A stretch of 64,000 bases of DNA from the NCBI GenBank assembly GCA_002189035.1, contig NEEC01000014.1, positions 2,046,001-2,110,000 of the forward strand, written 5' to 3'. Numbering within the stretch: position 1 is the stretch's first letter; each line of letters starts with the position of its first letter. Both the position numbers and the translations under genes were made by a program. The notes under the pieces are model-generated. The model was not told the DNA's origin and did not search any database. It saw only the letters and a program-made list of their open reading frames with translations. Positions 37,094-48,294 of this stretch are shown here, piece by piece. Origin of the DNA: Utricularia gibba. Its lineage: Eukaryota; Plantae; Magnoliophyta.

Positions 37094-38668
37094 ATGGGGG
37101 CTGCCTGCTGTGCCGCTGCTAAAGACAGAACTGTAGTATGTGGATCGCCTGTTACGGCTGTACAGAGGCATTCTCACTATTCACCTTCTTGGACCTTTAG
37201 ATGGGATAATCATGGACGAGTAGTTGGGGAAGAGACAGCTGTAGAATGGTTACACAACGAGGGTCGTGATGGTGATCGAATGGAAGTTAAATCTGGTACC
37301 ACCGTTCAAGCTACATTTGCATCCGATGAAGGTAGCCCAATGGATAGCTTTCGATCACTCAGTTGGCTAAAGTCGCCAGATGAAGGCAATGGCAAAAGTT
37401 TAATGTCTCCATCTTCTGGTAAACAAACTAGGATATTCCATTTCATTTCTTGCTTCAAGTTTTTCATTTTGACAAAATTCGGTTATTCTAAATAAGGTTC
37501 TTGCTTTTTATTGTTTCATCACTAGAAACATTGTTTATTGTAATGTTTGCCCCGCCAGACGTTAAATGCATTTATGCTCTGTGCAGATCCAGTTGCTTCA
37601 CGTTATCATGGAAAGGTATGTGGAGATTTGGGGTATTTAGAAATGGCCCGTGGAGATTTTTGATAAATTTCGTACACCATAAATACTTTGCCTTAAATGT
37701 CAGTTAATATTTCTGTGTTGGCTCCATTTGCAGGCCAGAGAGTCATTTGGATCACCATCTGCTTCATGCCAATCCCTCCTCTTCCTTGTGTTTCATCCAT
37801 GTCGGATTCCCCTATGTCCTCACAAAGTCATTTTCTGCCTGCAAATGTGACTCCTTCAAGAGGGCATCACCGTTCTGGTGCACGCCCATTCTTACGCCAG
37901 GTATCCGATAGTGGAATTCTCGAGTACCGGTCGCCGACATTCTCAATATCTGAGAAGCCCCCTTCGTTTCTTCCTCTAGTCTGGGGTAATGAAACAACCA
38001 GGGTTTCCGATGGCGGATCCTCAGACAGCTGGTCGATCACTGCTTTCTCTGAGCACCTAACGAGTACTCCAAGAGAAAGATGCAGTTTTGGTAGCGAAGC
38101 ATCAAGCTTCAGTCATGAAAAAACATACAGGAATAAAGGGCAAAAACGTGGATCTTCTTTAGATTTGCAAACTTGTGGTATCTGCTCCAAGCCCGTAACC
38201 GAAAGGTCTTCATGGAGTTGGACCACCCAAAAGCTGATAGCCTTTAACGAAATCGCTGTGGTTTCGGTGCTAACTTGTGGACACGTCTTCCATGGTGAAT
38301 GTCTTGAGTACATGACTCCTGATATCAACAAGTATGATCCACCTTGCCCCTTCTGTGCTTATGGTCCGAAAAAAATAGGAAGGATGTGCGAGAATGCATT
38401 GAGAGCTGAGTTGGAGTCCATGGCCAAAAGGAGATCCAAAAAAAGTGTCGCCGTTAGCACCAGTCGCTCTGTAGATACTCTTAAAACCAGTGAAGTAGAT
38501 AGCAGAAGGGCTTCTAAGATCAGCTCAGGTTCTGGGTCCCAGAGTTCAACAGGAAAGCCTTTTCTTCGACGCGACTTCTCATTTGGCTCCGGATCTGGTA
38601 TGTCGATGTCCAGGAATCAATCGACTCCCAGGAAGAGTTTTTTCTGGGCAAGATCGTCCAAGTACTGA
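37094..38668 (+). CDS. RING-H2 zinc-finger protein (At4g39140/At2g21500-like), 2 coding exons
   Basis: MGAACCAAAKD, YSPSWTFRWDNHGRVVGEE, CGICSKP...LTCGHVFHGECLE...DPPCPFC, GKPFLRRDFSFG. Confidence 0.9.
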
Positions 38669-39992
38669 TCATTTTCCTTCACATGTAAGCTACCCCTTAC
38701 GACCTTGGCTACATTACACGCTCGTCATTGTATGGAGTGTTACATGATCAGAGGTGCGTTGTTTTCAGAGTGGACATCATATCATATACTTAGCTGCTAC
38801 TGCAGACACACTGTAAAGAAGATCAACGGTTCAGGTTGTTTCATTGTCATCGTATACTGAAGTTGCTGGATATGAAGTCACGAGGGTGTGGTTTTATTGG
38901 CTTGTTGTATCTTGATCTGGGTGGCTGGAGCTGAAATCACCCCCAAGTTCTCTGTTTACTGTAATTTCTCGTCACTTGGCTTCCCTCAAGCTTAAACATA
39001 CTGAGCCATAGACAAGGCTTCCCTATCCCGTGTGCATGAATGTAGATACGGATTAGCACAGGCATATATCGGCCGCGTGGCCGCCTGCATTCTACGTGTT
39101 GCAGGCCTACTTTTTTTTTCATTTGATAACTCTATTGGATATATAATAAATAAAATACAAACGTAGTTTGGGAAGTGTTGTTAAATAAGGGGTGAAAGGT
39201 GTGGTATCTGAGTTGGGATGAAATCCGTGAATTGTAATGTATTCGTTTTGTGTACATTCCCGCGAAATCAGCCTTCTCTTGAATTTGAATCTTGTAGTCC
39301 CGATTACTGCACCATCCCCCGCGCTGCTTGGCATACTATATAAATAGGCGGAGCCGCGCCATTTTGACACAGACGGCTTTTCCAAGGAGGATGTTCTTTT
39401 GCCTCTTTCGGGATCTGGACGGTTCCCATTTCGCCCCGGGTGAATGTGACTCCGCCGTAGGTTTCTCATCCCTCCAATTCAGTTCGATTCCCTTGGCTTC
39501 TCTTTGCTTCCGCAGTGAAGTTTTGTAGATTTCTCACTAGGTGTTCGCCCGTCCTTTCGGTCGCATTCGGAAAACACACTCGACTTGGTCCGATTCTCCG
39601 CTTGGAATGAAGGCGTGGTCGCTGAACGGCGAAATTCTGAAATCGGTTGGTTTGTGGATATCGTAACCAGATTGTCCGTCGTAACTCGTCCTACAGCTTC
39701 GTCTTCCTAAATGAGCGGAAGAATCTAGTGAGTTTTTCGAATGCGTTATGGCCTCATGCTGAGCAGAAGAATCCAGTCAATTTTTCGAATGCGTCATGTC
39801 CTCTTGTTCAGGAGAAAAATCTTGTGAGTTTTTTGAATGCTTTATTGCCGGAAGCTTCATTTTTTTTTTTTTTTACTTTGATTACTAATATTCTCTCGCT
39901 TAGGTTGTCTGTATTATTATCAAAGTTCTATGCGCGTCGCCGATCGGAAACCGAACGGTGGCTGATGTTAAATTTATTTAGGTACTGGATCC

Positions 39993-40195
39993 TGTACAGA
40001 AGGTATCCCGACGAGGGATTTAGGAGCAGAACGAAGAGAGAGAGTGATTTGGAGAAATGATTTTTTTCCTTATTCGAATGCAAACCGTAAACCCCGCTTA
40101 TGTAGCTAGGTGGGTTTGCTTATGGCGGTTACAACCGCTATGTACAACAGTAAAGCGATAAGGCACTACTAACGTAAACTTCAAACTTCTTAACA
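39993..40195 (-). repeat. Copia 3' LTR (203 bp)
   Basis: Direct repeat of 44761-44958; polypurine tract GGAGAGGGCGG lies just inside on the minus strand (about 40201-40212). Confidence 0.95.
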
Positions 40196-43100
40196 TCATA
40201 CCGCCCTCTCCAAGTCCCGAAGCTTGTCATTCATCCTCCTGAATTGAATGGTGGCTGCCTGATGTGGCAGGGGTTAAACCCAATTTGGCCAGAATCGACC
40301 GAAAGGGGGCAATACTGAGGGACTTGGTAAATACATCGGCCAGTTGCTGATTAGAAGCAATGGGCCGTGGTATGAGGAACCCCTTCTTGTATTGATCTCG
40401 CACAATATGGTAGTCTATTTTGATGTGCTTTGTTCGTTCATGGAAGGCCGGATTGCAGGTGAGATATATCGCTGATTGATTGTCACAATAGAGCGGAATC
40501 GGAGACACCGTAGACTGTTGGAGGTCACGTAGCACATAAGAAATCCACATAAGCTCTGTGGTGGCAGAGGCAAGGCTGCGGTACTCGGCCTCCGTAGAAG
40601 ATCGGGAGACGGTGGGCTGTTTCTTCGTTCTCCAAGAGACCAGTCTGTTACCCAGAAGCATACAGTACCCTGTCACGGATTTGCGAGTAAGGGGACACGC
40701 GCCCCACTCCGCGTCACAATAGCCACTGAGCTCCAAGTTTCCCTCTATCGGATAAAAAAGGCCATGGGAAGGAGTAGCAGCCAAATAGGCAACGACACGC
40801 TTAGCCATGCACAAATGCGCTTCAGAAGGGGCCTGCAAGAATTGGGACAATTGTTGAACCGGAAAAGCAATGTCCGGTCCGGTGAAGCCCAGATAAAGCA
40901 GGCGCCCAATCAGGGCGCGATAGACATCCGGATGCGGGAGTAGCGCACCATCTTCAGGGAACTTGAAGTTACGAGGGAAGGGGGCGAGAATCTCCTGTGT
41001 AGGGAGGTCACCCAGATCAATGCTGCGCACAATGTCGAAGATGTATTTGCGCTGCGAAAGGTGAAGACCAGCAGCAGTGCGTATTAACTCAACACCAAGG
41101 AAGAAACTTGCTGGACCAATATCCTTGATGGTAAATTGTTGATGAAGCTGAGTCTTCAGCGACCGGATTTCATCAAGATCGGGTCCGAAAATGAGAATGT
41201 CGTCCACATAGATCAACAAACCCATGAAATGTGCAGCAGACTCTCTGACGAATAGACACGGATCAGCAAGGGACTGAGTGAAATTAATAGATTGGAGATA
41301 TCGCGTGAGCTCGATATTCCATTGGCGAGAGGCCTGCTTGAGCCCGTACAGAGAACGTTGTAATTTGCACACGAGGCCATCAGAGACAGCATAACCAGGA
41401 GGAGGCTCCATGTAGATGTCTTCATCAAGGAAGCCATGTAAAAAGGCATTGTTTATGTCCACCTGGTGGAGATGCCAATTCTGCTGGGCACTAACAGCGA
41501 GTAGAATTCGAACAGTGGTCACCTTAGCCACTGGTGCGAACCGTTCGGTAAAATCAACCCCTTCTATTTGAGTATAGCCTTTACCGACGAGGCGGGCTTT
41601 GTGGCGAGCAACGGAGCTATCGGCATGTCGCTTGACCTTAAAAACCCATTTGCACCCAATTGGGCGCTTTCCGGGAGGAAGAGGCGTGAGAACCCATGTA
41701 CGGTTTTCAAGCAAAGCTTGTAGTTCCTGGGACATCGCAGTTTCCCACACAGAGATTCCCTTGGCTTGGTCATAATTCGAAGGTTCATCCAGCATGAAAA
41801 CTGGCTCAGTAGGAGTGCCTTCGAGAGAATCAACATGAAGTGCCACATAATCCCTCATCCAAGTCGGCGGATGGACAGTTTGAGAACTACGGCGCCGATC
41901 CAGTGTCGCAATAGGAACAACAGAGTCGGACACAGAGGAGGTTCCGGTGGGAGAGCCCTCGATGGGGAGAGTAACAGAGGAAGAAGGGTCTTCATGATTA
42001 GGGGGAGAATAACAGAGAATATCTTCGTCATCTGCATCAGAGACAAGGCTAGGCATAAGCGCATCCATGGTGGGAGAATAAGCAGTGAGGCCTTTCAAGG
42101 GGAAGATATGCTCGAAGAACTTAACGTCCCGACTGATGAAGACCTCCCTTGTGAGAAGATCATAACATTTGTATCCTTTGTGATCCATCGGATACCCAAG
42201 AAAAACGCATTTGCGTGCACGAGATGCGAGTTTATCAGCATGGGGATTAGAAATTCCTGCAAAACAGAGACAGCCAAAAATGCGTAAGTGGTCCAAAACA
42301 GGGGCTGTGCCCATGAGCCGAGTGAAGGGGGCTTCCCAGCCCAATTGAGCACTCGGGAGCCGGTTGATCAGATAGGTAGCCACAAGCACAGCATCACCCC
42401 AAAACATCTTAGGGAGACCGGATTGAAATAATAGCGCACGCGCAACCTCAAGCAAGTGTTTGTGTTTGCGTTCGACGCGACCGTTTTGTTGAGCCCTGTT
42501 TGTACAAGTATATTGATGAAGAATGCCTTGCTGTGCACATAGGTGTCGCATCTGGTCATTAAGAAATTCTCCCCCTTATCGCTACGGATCTGTTTCACCA
42601 CAGCGCCAAATTGTCTTTGGAAATACTGGAGCAGCCGTGTGATGTGGGCAGGGGCTTCAGATTTATACTTCAAAAGGAAACACCAGGTGCTGCACGTGTA
42701 ATCGTCAAGTACGGTCAAGAAGTACCGCGTTACATGGAGAGTCTCAACCTTGTAAGGACCCCAGAGGTCACAATGAATGAGATGGAATTTGGCCGGAGCA
42801 ACCGACTCACTCAAAGGAAAAGATGGCCGTTGAAACTTTGAGAACTCACAAATGTCACACGGCTGACCCTGAAGACCACATGGAATGGGCATATGAGTTG
42901 CCTTAGATTCAGAGATGTGCCCCAGGCGACAGTGCCATAAGAGGGATTGATCAACCGACGAAACAGAACCACAAAATGAGGAAACATTGGTCCATAAGAT
43001 GTCAAAAAGATTTTTCAGGGAAGAGGTGCTCTGCATCGCGAGTGTCCTGGTTGCAGTGGCAGTGAAATGTGGCAACAAAGACCTGCTATCCAAGATATAC

Positions 43101-44742
43101 AAGCCATCACGAAGTTGACCGACCGCGACCACCTCATTGGACTCCTGGGCCTGCATGAGCCATCCATTATCAAAAAAACGAAAAGAAACATTCATATCAG
43201 AGGCCAGGCGATGCACGGATAAGAGGTTGAACTTGAAGGATGGGACATAGAGAGCCTCCTTGAGCTGAAGAGTGTCTTTCAGCGTAACAGTCCCTAAACC
43301 AAGAACCTTGGATAGAGAACCATCAGACATGGACACAACCGTATCCCCAAAGTGCCCTATCACCTCAAAATTACGCATAGTGAAACATATATGCGCAGTT
43401 GCCCCGGAATCAATGATCCACTCCCATGGTTTGCAGGCAAAACCGTGAGTCATACGACTATGTAAGGATAGTTCGATTGAAGTGATACCTGCAAAATGTA
43501 TTCTGCTCATGTTAGCAAAATTCTGAGAGGAGCCTCCGGCAGAACCAGGAGCCAATTGCCCAGATGGGCATAACTTGCGAAGCTCAGACTGCAGGGCATG
43601 CAACTCTTGTTGCAGTGAGCGAACCGTTGGCTCCGATGGAGAGGCAGAAGAAAAATCATCAACGGGTGTATCACCAAAATGAGCTACTTGACAAGAATAT
43701 TGCGGGGGATTATTCGGGGAGCGACCCTTAGAAGAACCACCAGCAGACTGCGCTGCGGCATATTGACCGGAAGGGGAATCTTTCTTTTTCCACCAGGAAG
43801 GATAATTCCCAATGAGGAGAAAGCAGGTTTCTCGGGTGTGGCCTTGTTTCCGACAGTGATCACAATAACGACCATCGCGCTTCTTAGCATTCCCCGTGAA
43901 GGAGTTATTATACGTGAAGTGGCAAGCCATAGGTCCATCGGCCCGATTATCAGAGGCTGTGACGTTCATGGCAGCATGTGAGAAGGGATCAGCAGAACCG
44001 TTGGACAGTTTACCTTTCTCCTGTTCCACATTAAGGAGGATGGAATAAGCCTTGTCCACTGTAAGGCCATCCATCACTATGATTTGATTTTTGATAGACT
44101 CATATCTATCGTTCAGTCCCCGCAAGAACTGGGTGAGCTTCGTTGGGGCAAAGACGCTGGCAATAGAGATGTGGGCAGCACAACTATGACACCGAATATC
44201 AGGCGTTACAGTCTTCAGATCACTCCACAGGCCACTGAGTTTAGTGTAGTACTCGGCAATGGATAAATTGCCCTGTTTCATATGATAAAGATCATGTTGA
44301 ATCTGGTAAAATAAATTGTGATTCAACCGGCCATAATGATTTTGCAGAGAAATCCAAAGCTCACGGGAACTTGATGCATTATTGAAGCTGGAAACCAAAT
44401 TCTTGGAAATAGAATTCAACAATCAAGACATGATCATATAGTCATTTCGGATCCACAAGTTGTATTTCGGATCAGTATTCAACGGGCAGGGAATTTCACC
44501 GTCGATGAAACCGAGTTTGTTCTTCGATCCTAACGCTAATCGTACGTTGCGTCGCCATTCGAAGTAATTCAAGGTGGTTAGGGGAGAATTTATCAGCGCT
44601 ATGTTAGGATGATCCGAACCACTCAGCAGAAGTGGATCTGAGCGATCAATGAATATATTACCACCGGAAACAGAAGGAAACGATTCTGTATTACCTTCGT
44701 TCATCATGACAGAATTATGATGCCGATGATCGGAGGTGATGC

Positions 44743-44760
44743 TCCACGCTCACCGCACCA
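44743..44760 (-). promoter_or_regulatory. Primer-binding site complementary to tRNA-Phe(GAA)
   Basis: Minus strand TGGTGCGGTGAGCGTGGA abuts the 5' LTR; it is the complement of TCCACGCTCACCGCACCA, the 3' 18 nt of plant cytosolic tRNA-Phe as I recall it. Confidence 0.88.
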
Positions 44761-44958
44761 TGTACAGAAGGTATCCCGACGAGGGATTTAGGAGCAAACA
44801 GAGAGAGTGATTTGGAGAAATGATTTTTTTCCTTATTCGAATTTAAATCGTAAACCCCGCTTATGTAGCTAGGTGGGTTTGCTTATGGCGGTTACAACCG
44901 CTATGTACAACAGTAAAGCGATAAGGCACTACTAACGTAAACTTCAAACTTCTTAACA
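44761..44958 (-). repeat. Copia 5' LTR (198 bp)
   Basis: Differs from the 3' LTR by 3 substitutions plus a net 5-nt indel in a GA-rich patch. Confidence 0.95.
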
Positions 44959-47690
44959 GATCCATCAGACGGAACACACGTTTTTTGTGAGTGATTTGAT
45001 CGGTGCTACAAGGCTGTTATTTATAGGCATTCGTTTTTCGTCAACATTGCTCGCTCGCTCTACTCCTTACTGAGCTTTTATCGAGTGAATCATGTTTTCT
45101 GAATTCAGTTGCTTCCTTTATTCCGATTAATTTCCTCGTTGGGTTGTCTTTTACAATGATCATTTCCTAAGTGGATGACGTGTATCTTTGGTACTGGATT
45201 TCACACGGAAGAGAAAAGTGCCTTGTGCTATTAATATGAAATATTGAACGTTCTTGCTGTTCAGGAATTCACTGAACTAGACGGTCAAACTTATTGTTAT
45301 TGCGCATAAAGTGATTTCGGGGCATTTGTGTTTGGAACTGCAGAGCTGGGAGATTGAGATGTTCACACCGAATGGCATGGCAACCACATGTATGTTTCCT
45401 GACTCCGTCTTTCGCAAATAATACTTCCCTCCGTGGCTGTTGATTCTTGTATTCTCTGTTTTATTTTGGCGTCCATTTCAACCAATACATCTGGCATTGA
45501 ATCAACGTTTTCACTTGGAAGCCTTCATTCTTCTCCTCAGGTCAACTGAGAAAGTTTACGATGGCTTCATTCTTTATTTCAACCACCACTACATTCTTTC
45601 ATACAAAATCCGGTAAAATTGAATAACCAAATTTCTTGAACAAACTTCATATAATGTCTATAAGCACAAGGATTAATAACTATAAATGCTTGAAATGGCT
45701 AGGTTTTTCTTTCCCGTTTCCCAGTTAGTGCATTTGAAGTGGAAACAACCCATGTCCGTTGTCCCAGAGTCGACACAATCCTTTTAGCTCCAGACCTGTG
45801 GCTGCGCGTTCAAGAATGTGAAAAGATGCGAGCACGAACTTTGTGTCAAGAATAGAAATGTTGGAATCGAGAATTTGGTGAGAAACAGAATGAGCAGTAC
45901 AGTTTTGTGTATATAATCATGCCAGTTCTATTTTTGACTTAATACAGTAATGAATATTTACATAGATTTTAAATTTACATATCAAAACGCAAGATGATGA
46001 TAACGCCAATTTTCTCTTATACTTCGGCTTCGTTCTCGCTTCATTTCCAATTTTCCAGCTGGTTCGGCGACAAAAGAAAAACGAAAAATGTCATAAAAAT
46101 ATACTTATAGAATACAAACATAACAAGAAACTTCAAAAAGTTGGTATTTAAAAATTGTTTATTTAAAAAAATTGGAAATCATAACAATACATTAAAAAAA
46201 CGAATCATATAATTTAACTATTTTTCAAACAAGTATAGCGTGCATAATTCAATCCATGGGAAAACGTGTTGTTTGAATCTAAATACATTTCGCAGCATAT
46301 TTTTCAAACCTATCATTAAACCCATATAATATTATTAAATTTTGTATTCCATAAAACATTATATATTTTTCAAATCCCAAACATATAAAATAAAAATTAT
46401 AATTACTACAAAAATATTTGTATCTCTGATATTAAGAAACATTTTAAAAAGTATATATGAATAACATTATTTCACAAGGAAAACCAATCATTAATCTCAT
46501 TTTCCATCATGTTTTTTTAGTCCATTTATTTACTATAAAAACTCATTTTCAACACTTACCGTTTTACGAAATTTCAATTAGCCCTCCCTTTGGATTCAAT
46601 TTCAATGCCCATGCTTCATTTCAAACACCATCTTTGCAATTAAAATCTCAAATACTTACCCATTCTAATTTTAAATTTGCTGCATGCAGACTGGGTGGTT
46701 CTCCTACTCTTGATTGTCCCAAGTGCGTTGTACGCTTTAACGTTTTTATCATTATTTTTTCGTCACTAATCTTCTTTAGTTAAGGCGCCCCTCTTAATTT
46801 TTTTTTTTTTAAAGTATCTCACCCGAAGTGGACTTCCATCGGCGGATTGCCGTTGCAATTTCCACAGAGCGACCACCTATCAATTTTGCAATAGAAGTTA
46901 GCAATGACTAACGAAACCAAATTTTAATCATCAATCACGCAAATCAAATACACTCTCACCAGGGGAAGTTATCGCCAATTCTCAGACCTTGGAACGCAAT
47001 GTTCAGTGTAAAACACTTACCATTTTGTGAAAATTGCATGAGTATAACACAACCTGGTACCACCCAACCCCAAAATAAAATAGCGCAGATGCTAAGGAGA
47101 CAGTTACACAAACCCTCAACATGCCGTCATATTACCAACGGAGATGCTGGCATTGTGTTAGGTTTTACCTCATCAAGGTGCCGTGTCCGGGTATACCACA
47201 AATACAGAATTTGGAGTTGTGAATGAGACAAGCCCATCGGAAGTCCAACGACTCCCAGATGACACAGGATTATGCTCTTCCTCAAGCATAGTGTAAACTA
47301 GACCGGATCCACCTGAAATGCACATCGGATCGTAAAGGATCAAAAAAACTGAAACTCAACTTGATGAAAGAAGCTGCTGTAGACATCAAAAGTAAGAGCT
47401 CGCACGATTGTTTAGAACTTCATACTAATGTAACACTGCTTGGTCACTTTAATACACTGAAAATCGATGATTTAGGTTGACGGAAGCTAGGAGATGAATA
47501 TAATCTATAGAATCGCATACCATACCCAAAACTAAAGCGCGCGGCTAAGGAACATGTTTTGAAGTATTATTTATGAACATTGAAGACGAGTCTATACAAT
47601 ATTAAGGATCCGATATTTTTTGCAGCGTGTGGTAGTTTTTAGTTCTCAAAACTCAAGCATCTGCATGCGTGAAATATTTCAGGATACGAG

Positions 47691-48294
47691 TGATGTGACC
47701 CTCTAATCTATAGAGATTAACAACCCACAAAAAAGAGGTGATTTTGAAGCTTAGAAGAGAACCCACCCAAGTCTACCCTCAAGAGAATACATCTCTTGCA
47801 ACCAGACTTCGAAACAAAGAAAATTAGGAGCCACACTTCAGAAAAGAGAGATTGATTGGAAGTGATAATCCTAGAACGCCACAAGCTCAAAGCTTGATAA
47901 GTTAAGAGTGTTCAAGCACTCAAAGGAGAGGGGAATCCTCACAAGATATATAAAATGACCAAAGATCCTGAATTAGTACATCTCTAGAGTATTTATACTC
48001 TAGAATTGGGCTCTAACAATACATAGTCCAAACTAAATGAAATAGAAAAGTCTAACAAGCCCAATGCTCTAAGTTAAGTCCATCTTCAAGTAGTTGAGCT
48101 CTTTTGATGGGATGTCTTCAAGCCCATGTTTGATTCCAATGGTATTGAGTAGACCCTTAAGTGTATCTTCAACCATCTTTGTCTTGCTCCTAGTCATTGG
48201 TCCTGATGGAATCATCTTTCTTTCTAATTTGTTCACTTGAACAAACTCCTCATCATTCTTCAAATACACTTCATTATCTTCCTGGGGCTCATCA
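47691..48294 (-). repeat. CRM 3' LTR (604 bp)
   Basis: Direct repeat of 53816-54418 with TG..CA ends; encodes the integrase C-terminal extension. Confidence 0.96.

Larger units (their letters stand above)
39993..44958 (-). mobile_element. Full-length Ty1/copia LTR retrotransposon (Ale/Retrofit-like), defective
   Basis: TG..CA LTRs at 39993-40195 and 44761-44958; 5-bp TSD GATCC (39988-39992 and 44959-44963); gag LLLSGSDHP..GFIDG, zinc knuckle CDHCRKQGHTRETC, protease WIIDSGAT, integrase WHCRLGH and HCDLWGP, RT YVDDIL, RNaseH YCDAEW and YCDNQSA. In-frame TGA at 44423-44425 and frameshift at 42571-42575. Confidence 0.97.

Noticed and set aside
39481-39492. Box-B-like GTTCGATTCCC suggesting a tRNA or SINE
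   Set aside because: No box A or cloverleaf; it lies in intron-like pyrimidine-rich sequence.
45170-45280. Possible C/D snoRNA (TGGATGA ... CTGA with short terminal stem)
   Set aside because: The C box is imperfect and I could find no rRNA complementarity of 10 nt or more by eye; would need snoscan.
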